A stretch of DNA of 64,000 bases, taken from contig NW_015175975.1 in NCBI RefSeq assembly GCF_001447785.1, forward strand, positions 798,142 through 862,141, in the 5' to 3' direction. Each line of letters starts with the position of its first letter. Within the stretch, counting starts at the first letter, position 1. Below, piece after piece: positions 37,899-51,000 of the stretch. The DNA comes from Gekko japonicus. Lineage: Eukaryota. Position numbers and translations under genes: made by a program. Under the pieces are notes generated by a model. That model ran no database searches, was not told where the DNA came from, and worked only from the letters and a program-made list of their open reading frames with translations.

Positions 37899-39483
37899 TT
37901 GCATTTGAAAACGAAAGTCAAAGCTAGAAGAGAGCTGCAGCTTGCACCTAAGGCACTGTTGTATACTTTAGAAATTATGGACCACAACCAGAAATACTCC
38001 CACTTGTCACTTGTAAGTTGTCTTCTGCACATCTCTCTCGTTGTGACAAGTTGAACATACTTTTTGCCCTTTATATGTTCAAGGTAATTGCAAGTCAAGC
38101 AATAATTCCAAGGCACAAGCTCAAGGCAATGCTCAGCTTCCCCTTCCCCAAAAACTCTGCTTTAGAAAAAAGGCTTCTTGAACTTTGTGAAGTGATGGTT
38201 TAGCCCTTCAAAAGAAGAATCTATCTACTTGCAAGTGTGCCACAGCAAGACATTTTGCCCACTACAGTCCATTCAGTCTACCCTAGAGGAAACAAGATGA
38301 ATGAAAGGACCCCCCCCCAAAAAAAAAGAGTGTATGAAAGAGGGTTTTTCTACTAAACCTTTCAGAGTGGAGTAGGTATAAGTAAAATTCTCCACTTGTT
38401 TGGTGAGTCCATTGCCAATGAAAGACTTATTTAAGCCAAAGAATACTTCAGTTAAGAGAGATACTACAAGTTAGAACAAGAGATGAGGCACAATTCTCAC
38501 TGTAATCAGAACAGATGGCACACAAGACAATGACGTCTCCCTTCCAAACAATCATGTGCCTTCAGTATATAATTACAAATAAAAGACTCAGTTGAGAAGT
38601 GAGACAGTCTCTAGAATGACTGGTTTGATGCTTCAGTTTTATAAACCTTGGCAGGTTATTCAGATGTGGTATTACAGAAGGAAGTTGCATTTATTGTTCT
38701 GTAAAAAGGCACTTGAGGTTTGTTTCTGCAGAAGAAGTGGCAGCTGAATAGGAAACTTACTAAAGCACACAGAAAGGGGAAGCCCTCCTGAGTGGCAGTT
38801 CCTCAGTACTTCTGACGGTATTTTCCAAGTAAAACACATGACTTACCAGTCATTCATTCACAAATATAGCAAGTCATTCACTTCTACATGCTGCCGTAAC
38901 TATGATTCCACTGTCTCCAACAGTGGCTGATACGTTAAAGTATTTTTTAAAAGAACCATCAGTTTGAAGTCCCTCTCCTTCCCCCCAAATGCAAGAGAAT
39001 ACAGCCCTTGATTTTACTGACTTTACTGTATTCAAGCAGCCAATATGTTTACAAAAAAAAGAGAGAGCCCTCTACTGACCCTGCAGCAGGGCAGCAACAA
39101 AAACAGTTCTGGTATACAGTAACTTTACAAAGACAGCTGCTCTTCAGCCTGCTCTTTGGCCTGTTTTTCTAAAAGCAGACCTGCTGCCCATCTTGACACT
39201 GATTTGCATTTTGCAGATAGCAACAGAACGCATTAAAAATACACCATTTTGTATTGTATACTCTCAATCTCCTTTTGTCTGTACTGTACACAGCTATCAG
39301 GGATAAGGAACACCACACAGAGAAAACTCATACTGACTAATGAAGCCCAGAGCTGCTCCAGGAGTGTCATAAATCACGGGTCTTGCTTATAAGCATTCCT
39401 TGGCCTGACAAAGAGTCTTCTGTAGCTGTTTGTACATTTTTGTGCTGGATAGGCTTTAATGTGAGAGTTGCTACAGAAGACTA

Positions 39484-39564
39484 GCAGTGCAATCCTAAAC
39501 AGAATTACACCCTTCTTACATCCATTGATTTCGAAAGGATTATTTCTGTTTAGGATTGCACTGC
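39484..39564. mobile_element. Short palindromic MITE
   Basis: Inverted arms gcagtgcaatcctaaacagaa / ttctgtttaggattgcactgc. Confidence 0.7.
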
Positions 39565-39683
39565 AGACAGCTTAGGCAATTTTGGTTTTGCTTACCAGCA
39601 TCTCTGGTTTGTCTTCTTAAGAACCTGACCACCATTTCTCCTGGTAGGTTATTTTTTTAATGTAATTGGAGTATGCCCTATGG

Positions 39684-40001
39684 CAGTGATGGCGAAACAT
39701 TTAGAGACCGAGTGCCCAAACTGCGACCCAAAACCCACTTATTTATCGCAAAGTGCCAACACGGCAATTTAACCTGAATACTGAAGTTTTACTTAAGAAA
39801 CTTTATTTCTACATTAACTTAAGATGATCCAAACAATGTAAGGAAAGCAACCCCAAATGCTTTCATTTACTTAAAAATATTTGGCAGAGAATTCGACACT
39901 TTAATGATGGTCTGGGCCTGGCTGGGGTGATGGCACGCGTGCCCACAGAGAGGGCTCTGAGTGCCACCTCTGGCACCCGTGCCATAGGTTCGCCACCACT
40001 G
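39684..40001. mobile_element. hAT non-autonomous element (CAGTGATGGCGAAC TIR)
   Basis: TIRs CAGTGATGGCGAAAC / GGTTCGCCACCACTG; TSD poorly preserved. Confidence 0.8.
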
Positions 40002-40002
40002 T

Positions 40003-40220
40003 TCTAGGTGGTCAGCTGTGTTGGTCTGAAGCAGTAAAACAAATTTAGAGTCCAGTGGCACCTTTAAGACCAACAAAGGTTTATTCACAGTAAGAGCTTT
40101 TGTGTGCATACACACATCTTCCACAAAAAAAAAGTGTGCATGCACATGAAAGCTCATACCTTGAATGAACCTTTGTTGGTCTTAAAGGTACCACTGGACT
40201 CTAAATATGTTCTATCATTT
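40003..40220. mobile_element. Penelope-like retroelement terminal remnant, inverted pair
   Basis: tttagagtccagtggcacctttaagaccaacaaagg ... cctttgttggtcttaaaggtaccactggactctaaa inverted arms; followed by a 31-bp tandem duplication (about 40192-40253). Confidence 0.6.
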
Positions 40221-40318
40221 TACACTGGACTCTAAATATGTTCTATCATTTTAAGGTATAACACCATATAGCAATCTGAAAACACTTTCCAGAACACAGT
40301 GTTTAGGTAGCCATAGAT

Positions 40319-41316
40319 CGCAGGGATCAGTACTTGGTCCAATAATTTTTAACTTGTTCATTAATGATTTGGAGTTGGGAGTAAGCAGTGCAGTGGCTAA
40401 ATTTGCGGATGACACTAAATTGTTCAGGGTGGTGAGAACCAGGGAGGATTGTGAGGCACTCCAAAGGGATCTGTCGAGGATGGGCAACTAGGTAACAATG
40501 TGGCAAGTGGGGTTCAATGTGGCCAAGTGCACAGTGATGCACACTGGACCAAAAATCCTAACTATAAATACATGTTGATGGGGTCTGAGCTAGCAGAGAC
40601 TGACCAAGAGAGAGATCTTGGAGTCGTAGTAGATAACTCACTGAAAATGTCCAGACAGTGTGTGACTGCAATGAAAAAGGCCAACACTATGCTGGGTATT
40701 ATTAGGAAGGGAATTGAAAACAAATCAGCCAGTATCATAATGCCCCTGTATAAATCGATGGTGTGACCTCATTTGGAATACTGTGTGCAATTCTGGTCAC
40801 CTCAAAAAGGATATTATAGCATTAGAAAAAGTGCAGAAAAGGGCAACTACAATGATAAAAGGGTTGGAACACTTTCCCTATGAAGAAAGTTTAAGGCGCT
40901 TAGGTCTCTTTAGGTTGGAGAAATGACGACTGAGGGGTGACATGATAGAGGGTTATAAGATTATGCATGGGATAGAACAGGTCGAGAAAGAGGTACTTTT
41001 CTCCCTTTCTCACAATACAAGAACTCGTGGGCACTCCATGAAATTGCTGAGTGGTTGGGTTAGAACGGATAAAATGAAGTACTTCTTCACCCAAAGAGTG
41101 ATTAACACATGGAATTCGCTGCCACAGGAGGTGGTGGCAGCTACAAACATGGATGGTTTCAAGAGGGAATTAGATAAACATATGAAGCAGAGGTCCATCA
41201 GTGGCTATTAGCCACAAGGTATAGATAGGAACTCTCGATCTGGGGGCAAGTGATGCTCTGTATTCTTGGTGCTTGGAGGGGGCAAGACTGGGAGGGCTTC
41301 TAGTGTCCTGGCCCCA
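40319..41316 (+). mobile_element. CR1 fragment truncated at both 5' and 3' ends
   Basis: [23 protein letters not shown] motif; lacks the final ~120 nt and tail seen in 29529-30349. Confidence 0.93.
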
Positions 41317-41662
41317 ATGGTGTTATTATGTTTTTATGCTTTTATGCATATCCTTGCAAAGCTCAACAGGAAAATGCCTTTCCAAAACTAACCCACACCA
41401 GTACCCTAAGTCTGCCCCCACCCTACTCTCAGAAATGGTCCAAAATTTGGTCTGCATCCATCTTCCACTATTAGAAGCCAACTGCATTGAAACTTTGAGA
41501 TCTTTGAGGTATGCAAGCAGCTTCCTCTGGGTCTCTCCCCCCCCCTCCAAATTTGCTATATCTTCTTAACAATACTATAATTCTCTCATTTATTAACCTA
41601 CTAGGATTCAACTTGAGTTTAACTTAGACAAGCCACACAGACCCCATACCCCAAATACTTAC

Positions 41663-41725
41663 AAAGAAAAGCAGGTTGAAGAGGAAAAGGAAGTACTTCG
41701 TAACTTTCAGGCATCCAGATCCCAT
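41663..41725 (-). CDS. CD82: CD82 tetraspanin, first coding exon (MGSGCLKVTKYFLFLFNLLFF); exon with 5' UTR spans 41663-41743
   Basis: ATG at 41725-41723, acceptor ...ttgctcAG at 41745-41744, donor GTAAGT at 41662-41657. Peptide is near-identical to the CD82 N-terminus as I recall it (human MGSACIKVTKYFLFLFNLIFF). Confidence 0.95.
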
Positions 41726-43477
41726 CTTCTCTTTTTATAAATCCTGAGCAAAACACAGAAACAGTTGGCCACATGAAAAAACAGCTACAAGAATATGCAT
41801 CTTCTACTCTACGTCACCACTTGCCAGGAAATCTTTTGCCACTTCCTCCACCCCAGAAATGCAAACATTTCAATAGATTACTTATGCTAGACTGCTTTTC
41901 TTACGAGAAAGAGGGTAATTTTTTTCTCATTTAAAGATAATGTAGTCCACCACACCCGTATATCTTCAGGCTATCATGCAAAGGAAGTACACTATCTTGC
42001 TAGCACACAGTAATCTCAATTTGGATACAGCCACCAGGACTAAATATTTTCCAAGATATTGGGTAGAATTCTTTCAGAGCCCTGTCAGGCAAGACTAAAG
42101 ATACCAGAGATCAGTCTTGTGCATACAGCCTTACAGCTGTTCTAGAAGTACATACCCTTTCTATGGTGAACTGCATAGAACAAAGGCAGTTACCAGTTGT
42201 GTAACTGGTTACCAGAGATACCAGTATCGTCTGTTCACAAACCTGGAGCAGACTCCAGTCATATAGACTACATGTTTGTTTGTTTTAAGATGCATTTAAG
42301 ACTACTTGGCAGTAAAACCAAAACTTAGGCATACTGTGACTATTGATACATGAAACTTTCAGAGATGTGAAAAGGTTCAATAATGTTACATTGGGACAAG
42401 CATCTGAAGAGGCCAGAACTTTGTGATGGTTTAGCCTGTATTATTGTGCCACCCAAAAAATCTGATGCATCTCAGCTGAGGCATCCACTTGAAGAATGGG
42501 ACAGTTATTTTTTTTAAAAGGTGGTACAATAATGTTCAGTAACATACCAAGGTATCCTGTGTCACAGGGGCCACTTACAGAAAAAAAGGAGGAGAAAATG
42601 ACAGATTTAAAAGAGAGCAAGATGAATGATCATGTCTCATAGCCCTCTGAGATGGACTCTCCCTATCTGCAATGAAGTGCTGACTCCTCTAGCAAAGAAT
42701 GGAAATTACCAATTCTCATTAACTATGTTGAATGACCACACTTCATCCTCAATGGCCTTCTGTGGCTAAGAAACAGGAAATGAACACACTGTCGTAAGAA
42801 CAGCTATCCTTTAAAAATCATGTCCAGCAGATCTGTATTCAGCGATGCAATAAGGCAAGTTTTTCTGTTTCTGTACAAAACCCATTTTTAATCCTAACAA
42901 ATATATAGGTCAATATTGAGGTCAGTATGGAATTGGAGCATCATTCTAATTGAGTAGTACTCTCACCAATCAGCGGCAATTTTCAGAAATACATCCATTT
43001 GTTAGATATTGCTTTAATTTTCTGAGGAAGGTAAAAATTGCTACTTGGATCCATAATATGGATAAATGTCTCATTTTCATCCTGGAAACCTACTAGTAAT
43101 ATTTTGGCTCTGTTCTTTCATTATAAAATGTATATAAATTGTTCATTCTTTTCAGGCAACATGGTGGCTGCTTGAAATATTCAGCTATACGCATTAGCAG
43201 CTCTTTTTGTAAAACTCAAGAGAAGCACCTATGAGGCAGGAAAGGGATAGAACACAGGTCATGGTGGATCAATGCAGTGCACATCTCATGTCATGTGAAA
43301 TCATTATTCATTGCCCAAACACGCATCCACACGGTTCTGTCCCTGAATTGTATGCCTGTTCACCTGAACAAATTGATCAATTTCAAGCATTTGAATTGCA
43401 CCGTTTTTTACAATAGTGCATCTATTTGTATGATAAAAGTTTTATATCATGTTACATTAATCATATATTCTTTTAGG

Positions 43478-44207
43478 TTGATGGGAAGGCAATACAAATG
43501 AGAGTCACTGCAGAAAACATCCTAATAATAAGAGAACATGCTTTACTTCTGATAAAACAGTTACCGGAAGCATGAGACTAATCCTCAGAGTTGACATCCA
43601 GAATAGACCAAAACTGTTTCATTAGGTGTACTGGCTTGCAGGCTCCAAGTATCAGGTACCAGAAGCCAAGCAAGGTGTGGTCATTCAGTCCGAAGTCGGG
43701 GGTCCAGGAATCAGGGAAAACAGAGTCATTCAGTCCAAGGTCAGAGGTCCAGAAGTCAGGCAAGGCAGAGTTGGTGGCTTAGCATCTATCATACGTGTTG
43801 CATCCACACAACCTTTCTTGACTGGTTTTATAGGCCCATGCCTAAGGGTCATGCTTGCAACCAGTTGCTCAGAAGCAATGCTATAAGTACTCATCTTTGT
43901 TATCAGAAAGCAGCTGGCATCAGGCCAGGAGGCATGCACTTTGCTATCTTGTCTGTAGCTCTGTTCACAGCCTCCATCTGAAGCGTTCTAAGGGTGTGAT
44001 ACTGGTGGGCTGGGAATGGCCAACTGAGCTTCACCTGCTTAATCAGGGCTGGAGGGTGTTGATGGCTCTGCACCAGCTGTTGGCTGTGAATCCTGACAAG
44101 CCTGCAGCTCAATTTCCTGCTGGTCAGCTTCTAAGCTACTTTACTCCTAAGGTGTCCTCTTCTGCTGAGGAGACTCCCTGTCACTGAGCCCTGGCTGTCC
44201 CACAACA
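43478..44207 (-). mobile_element. Probable Gypsy-like solo LTR
   Basis: Flanked by ttagg on both sides; right end TCCCACAACA, degenerate inverted left end; internal tandem of about 47-49 bp (gtcattcagtcc...). Confidence 0.5.
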
Positions 44208-47016
44208 TTAGGCTTTTGTTTTTCTCCTTCAATAAAATTTTAGTCAGCACCAGAGTTGTAGTTAGATATTTGGGACTAGTATCCAAGCCAATTTTACGCA
44301 ATAAATACCACGAATCTTTGGTGCTTCAAGCACTTGTTCTCCATGCCAATCCTTTCCTTTGTGGGGAAACCAGAAATGCAATCAACCCAGTGGCTGAGAA
44401 AGGATGACAGAGGACACCTTATTAGGATATGGATAAGAGCACTCATGCAGTTCAATCCTGAAATGCAAGCCCAATTAGCCTCCAACTAACCTCCCCTTCA
44501 AAGGAATAAAGAGGCAGGCAAGGGATTTCACAGCTCTCCCCCCCCCCCCAATATTTTGGCAAAGAACTGTAGTAGAGACATTTGTGGGGAGTTATAAGAC
44601 AAAAAAGTCTAAGCATGCCAGAAACATCTTTTCTCACTGTAAGAATGGTACTAGAATTTTAAAAGCCTCCACAACATTTTCGGATTTTTTTTTCTTTCTA
44701 AGAACAAAAGACCTCTAATATACAGCTTCCTAAAAGTACCATGACCCCAGAGGACAGTGTGGTACTCAGCGCATGAAGCTACCCTGATATACAAATCAAG
44801 CCACCTGCTTGTATTCCTATTATTTGGGCCTAAAACCAGTCTTAAAAGCAGCTACAACTTTACCAATCCTAATGTATACTTACAAAGTCTTGAACACCAT
44901 TGATCAACACTTCATGCCCTTTGTCAGTATTGCTGTTGCTATAAAATGGTCAAGAACACCCCTAAACTCTGTTAATGGCAACTGTTTATTATAAAACCCA
45001 AAAATAGCATCTGAGAACCTTCGAACCCCTTCATGACCTGAGTTCTGCCTTCTTTCCCTTGCCCTCCATTTTACTGGGCTCAAGACTCTTCAGCATGGAC
45101 TTGTACAGGATCAGAGCCTTTCCTTAAAGAACTATGATTCATATTTGTTTATCTGGCAATTTTGAGCAGTTCAAGTCTGTACTATTGCTCTAGGAGGACT
45201 GGCTGCTACAACCCTGAAAGGCAGAGATGTTCCACCAGGCATTTGGTTGAGGACAGCGATGGCGTCCATCTGGCTGGAACTCTCACCCCCTCCCCTCTGC
45301 AAGATGGTAGCACAACTGGAAATTTCGACCATCTGTTTAATTTTGAATAGATACCAAAATCTTATTGTAATTTTTAAATGTTTCTAACTATATGATATGT
45401 TTTAGTATGCCATTGTGTACTGCCCTGAGCCTTGTTTTAGGGAATGGGTGCTATAAAAATTGAATGTAATAAACTCTGTTGCTTATAAATCTTCCTCCCT
45501 CCCCACCCCTCCTAGCCAATGCACACTCCAAAAGAGGGTTTGCATTTGATCCTATGCATAAAGTCCCATTGAGTTGAATGGGGCTGACTCCCATACAGCC
45601 ATGTGTACAATCACAGCATCCCTTGTTCGGCTTCTTACTGTCTCCCACTCTGCCCAGGAAATGAAATGAGAAGTTGTTGCCTATTCCCAGGCCTAGTGGC
45701 TGCAGTTATTTTTGCAAAGCAGCAGCAATTTGTCATTTTAAGAGAAAAATGGCCACTGCAGGGACTGGACGGACTGGGGTGGGGGAGACTGTGGAAGTTG
45801 CTGACTCTTGTTTCCCTTCCTAAAGAACACTATGCAGCACAGTGAGCATAAGTCTGCACACAGTGACCTGGTAGTAAGCTGCAATGAACAGAATAGTATC
45901 TACTTCCAAATGAAAAAGATAGCTTCTAGATACAACAGAATTTCTCATGCTAACCATCTCTGGCTCCTCCCAAGATATTACTTTCTGGTAATATCACTCA
46001 ATACAATGTGCTCTTTGTTTCTACCCAGAAGTTTGGAAGCTAAGTATGATAGATGCCGGTTAACACAACTCCAAGCCCCTTGACTCTCAGTCTACTACTA
46101 TAAGAGATAAATGACCATTTCGTTTTGATGCAGCAAGATCTACAGAATTTAAACAAAAAGATGAATGAGTCCTAGCCATAAGGGGCACTTAAGATCAATC
46201 TAATCAACAAGATCATAAGGAGCTTTCCCACTAAGGTGGCAAGCCACAATCTCTTTGCTTACTCTGTAGCAGTTCATCCGGAGGGAGTGAAAACTAGCCA
46301 GAGATAACCAGCAAGGGGATGAATTGGCTCAATAAGCACCATCCATTAACGCTGCATATTAAATTCCTTGGCTAGATCAATTTTACCTCCAGCCCAAGGC
46401 TATTTTAAAGCTATGGAAGAGAGAATGCCAAACCCACAGAGGAGGGCCAGGTATGGTGTTCTGTTACACAAGCATACTACACCCTCATATACCTACTGTA
46501 AACTAATGAGCAGCAGCAGAATTAATGATCCTTTTGTTTACTAACAGCACATTCCCCAAAGGCAGTGATCCCTGAAGACTCTGGCTACTGATCAGGTTAA
46601 TCAGGTGCATACTACAAAACTGGGTGTGTATGGTCAGCTTTAATAACCAAAGGTCACAAATAATCAAGTCACACCAGTTTTGTAATTAAATGTGTCCTGC
46701 CAGAGTAATTTCATTATCTGTCAACACAGAGCACAGTGAAATCTAGCTGTGAAGTCAACTGCAAGCACTCTAGGTATTGTGGAGCATTTTCTAGCTAAAC
46801 GATCTATTCAGGAAGAGGAAAGACAACTTATTCATAAAAATATATTTATACCCTATTTGTACCCTGCTCATCCAACCTAGCACCTGACAACAGAGAAGAG
46901 GGAAATACAATACAAGAAGGTAATACAATATAATACTTGGTTTCCAGTTTCTCAACAGGGCTGCCCTGGCAAAGTGATACCAGAAGGGAAAAGCAAAGAT
47001 TGACATGACAACCAGC

Positions 47017-47202
47017 TAGGGATGCCAGCCTCCAGGTGGAACCTGGGGAGCCCCTGGAATGACAGCTCATCTTCAGACCACCGACCCAGGAGAAAAGGGA
47101 TGCTTTGGAGGGTGGACTCTATGGCCCCACTGGGGTCCCTGTCCTCCCCAAGCTCCATCCACCAATCTCCAGGAGTTTCCCAACCTGGATCTGGCAACCC
47201 TG
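47017..47202 (-). mobile_element. TAGGGTTGCCA-family MITE
   Basis: TAGGGATGCCAGCC...CTGGCAACCCTG; body matches 746-962. Confidence 0.78.
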
Positions 47203-47276
47203 CCTCCCATCCCCAACCCTACACCCAGTCCTGTTGTTACTAAATCTCCATTTGTCTGACTGCACAACACACATTG

Positions 47277-47410
47277 TTGAAGAAGAAGAGAAGATTGGAT
47301 TTATACCCCACCCTTCACTTGGAGTCTCAGAATGGCTTACAAACCCTTTCCCCTTCCCCTTCCCCTCTCCACAACAGTTAGGTAGGTGGGGCTGAGAGAG
47401 CTCTGAGAGG
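47277..47410 (-). mobile_element. Squam3-like SINE, 3' half
   Basis: Matches 36398-36540. Confidence 0.8.
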
Positions 47411-47468
47411 TGCTTACCCGATGGCCCTACTCCCAAACATCATCATTTCATCACACAACCATGCCGAG

Positions 47469-47659
47469 CAATGCTCCCTCTAAGCTGTGGAGTCTGGTGA
47501 GCAAAAATTCTACTTAGTGAGCTACTGGCATTAAAGTTGTGAGCGAGCGATTTGGCAACTGCATAAATTAGTTCGCTTTGGAGCTAAGACAAAAATCTGT
47601 GAGCTGGAGGCTAAAAGCTGTGAGCTAGCCCACACTAACTCAGCTTAGAGGGAATACTG
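47469..47659 (+). mobile_element. hAT MITE (TGTTCCCTCTAAGCTG family)
   Basis: TIRs; TSD atgccgag/atgccaag. Confidence 0.9.
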
Positions 47660-47801
47660 ATGCCAAGCATATGCTCTGCCACTGAGCCACAGACCCTCAC
47701 TCTATTATGTGATATTGGAGGATGAGCCCAAGGTAGTACTGCTGATATTACTAGGCCCTGTGATAGTGCTGAGGTGAGTATGAAGACAAAGTTGGCATCT
47801 A

Positions 47802-48080
47802 CAGTTTGGTATAAGTGTGCGGACTCTAATCTGGGAGAACGGGGTTTGAGTCCCCACTCCTCCACTTGCACCTGCTGATGTGACCTTGGGTCAGTCACAA
47901 GCTCTGGCACAGCTGTCCTTGAAAAAGAGCAGTTTCTGTTAGAGCCCTCTCAGCCCCACCCGCCTCACAGGGTGTCTGTTGTGGGGAGGGGAAGGGAAAG
48001 GAGTTTGTAAGCCGCTCTGAGACTCCAAGTGAAGGGTGGGGTATAAATCCAATCTCCTCTTCTTCTTCTTCTTCTTCTTT
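47802..48080 (+). mobile_element. Squam3-like SINE with (CTT)n tail
   Basis: tRNA-like head, CORE segment, (CTT)n tail at 48058-48080. Confidence 0.88.
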
Positions 48081-51000
48081 GTTTGTTGCAGGTCCAGTTC
48101 CCACGTTTGTACCTGTTATGTGGTCCATAGATGTAGGTGACAAATCGTTTTATGTTAGGGGTTGTGTATGCAAAGAAAGGCTTGTGAAAGAAGTATTATT
48201 CCGTATAGGCTCCAAGTTGCTGCTATGCTGAACTGGTTTGAGTTGCAAGCTGTAGGGGACAACAGAACCACACTGGTTATCTCCTTTGAGCCTGTCATAT
48301 AGGAGGCTGTTTCTGACAAAGTCAGGCTGGTACCCAGTCTCTCTTTTTATTTCGGCAGGTACTGTAATAATCAAGAAAGCCTGTTGTAGTTTCTCCAGGT
48401 AAGAGAGTTCCTATCTGAGGAATCGGAATAAATGCAGTCATAACCTAGTGCTTGACTGTGGACAATTAACTGTTCAATATCCTTTGGGTGGCAACTGGAC
48501 ACTCAGTGAAGTCAGATGTGTTCAAGTCACTATACAATTTGCTTCACAGTGCAGCAATACTAATTCCAAGTTTGTACCACCCCTTTTTACCTGACACTAA
48601 AGATATGCCCATTACAGCTGAATCATAGTATTCTGACAATCTCAAGTAATGTTGGCAGCACTATAAGAAGAACATTCATTGATCAAGTCAGTGTGATTAA
48701 ATAAGGGTCTGATCATGGATCCCTACCAGCTTCTCAAATGGAAGTGGAATATGCCCCATTTCTAAAGAGGGGTAATAAAAAAAAGCCTCACATTAAGAGA
48801 GAGCCGCTCCTATCACATCTAGTGATATTGAGAGTCTCTGGTTGGGTTATGCATTTGTAGTTCAGATTCTTTAGCTGTTGCTTTCATGGATTATGATTAA
48901 TATCTTTCTCCTTTCATTTATTTAAGTGCCACAGCTTACACATTTCATCAACAAGTTTTTGAGATAGTCCCAAAGGAAACTACTTTCAAGACTGCACATA
49001 GCACTCAAGTTACAACACAAAGGCTAGATAACTGAAACAATGATAGAGGCTGTTCCAATAGAGATGACAGAGACAAATCTACTTTATTATAGGCAACACA
49101 GTAAAAGCCATGTCAGAGAATGAGCATGTATCCAAAAGGTTTAAACTCTGATCAAGGCAGCAGTTGATTAATGCTACATGTACATATATTCATTTAACTG
49201 GGAATGTTATACTGCCACAAGAAAATAGCACTATACACTCTATTGACACATAAGAAAATGAGACTATGTCAGATTCTACCAGGAGTTTCAGGCCACAAAT
49301 ATACTTATTTGGGTGTTCTAAGAATAGGAAGGATTCTCACTTCTTTAAAGATAATCCATATGACTAATCAAAACAAGGCAATGAAGTTCAAATGATATAT
49401 CCTTAGAAGAACAAAGTAAAGAAGAAACTTCAGCAGAACTGGAGCATATCATTTTAGATTTTCTTGGGCAAGAGTTGCTAATATGGCCAGACATCACACT
49501 TTTTGAACAAGAAGACTATTCAAAATTAACACATACCATTGCTATAGAAAATGGTTCCTTGAAGGGAAGGTGAGCCATCCTTCACCAGTAAAACTGGATA
49601 AGGACTTTGCATACAGGACAGAAGGGCAATGTTAGGAAAGTATTTAATAACTTATAGATCATCTTATGACAGAGCAGCTTACAAGCATGATTAATGGTGA
49701 TATATTGCAATATTTAAATATTTTAATGTTTACCATCTTGGGTACCCTGAATTGGGTGAAAAGGCAACATAGAGATATGTTAATATTAAAATAGAAGACA
49801 TGATGGATCAAGACACTGGAACAAGTAAAGACAATACACAAGACCCAGAATGCCATGGAAGGCAGTCATTAACCTACCCTGGACCCAGACTATTTAGGGT
49901 TTTAAAGGACAAAGTAAGTAAGTACCATACTGAACATGGAAATGGAGCCAAATGATGCATGTTTCTCCTGGTGATTTGCCCCCTACCAATAACCTACTCT
50001 AGAATGAGACTGCCAGATGTTGTTTTCAGACACTATTCAAATGCAACCTTAAGTAGACTGTTGTACAGTAATCTAGATGCCATGAATAACTATTCTGCCA
50101 CATCCATTCTGCCAAGGAAAGCACACAACAGACATTCCTGGTCACAGCTGCCAATTGGCCATCCAGGAACACCCCCCTATTGCAGATATGGGTTTTCAGA
50201 GGAAGCATAATCCCATCCCACTGTTTTGTAGCTGTACTTTTCCTCCAGTGTGCTCATGGTGGCACTTTGGCTCCAAACATTCCAATGAGGAAAGATAGGC
50301 TGAAATATTAGATCTTATCCAATGTGAATTTCAAGGCTGAGTTAAGTTTTTAAAAATGTATTTAAAATAAATATTTCTCTGTCCACCATTCCCCTGAGCA
50401 ACCCAGGCCTCAAGGCCTGAACCCGTGTCTCTCCATACGTATATTGCAGCCACAATATTATAGAATTCAGCATCCTAAATTGTACAATACTCAGCCTCTA
50501 AATTTTCTGCTACAAGACCACTGCAGATAGTTGTAACACCTGCAATTAAACATACCTCAAATCAATCACCAGTGGAGAAGGAGAAGTCTCACTTGCCAAA
50601 CCCTGCTCCTTGTGAAGAAAAAAGTTAAATGCATAAACTGAAAGAAATACTGGCTGAAGTTTTTTAGTTCCCACCTAGGACTGGAATCTGGATACACCCA
50701 TAGACATTGTTATGGCCCTTGCCCCACACATGTTCACAAACAGCCCTGGTTACTTGATGCACACATTCCCTTCTGGAAACATTTCTGAAACAGACTATCC
50801 TAGGATAAAATACCTAGCAGAGGGATGGTCAAAGTCAAGGCCAATCCAAACACAGTTCTTTCTGACCCTCAAAGTCCCCACCATTCCTTAATCAAGGTGT
50901 GGTTAAGTTTTATTCAATGTCTTGAAGTTTCAGAGGGAAGAGAAACAGGCCTGCCTAACCATGAAATAGCAATACAATAAAATTCTAGAAAAGTAAAGGG

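Noticed and set aside
36330-48143. Recurring peptide IGFIPHPSLGVSE in several ORFs
   Set aside because: Antisense translation of Squam3-like SINE copies, not a protein family.
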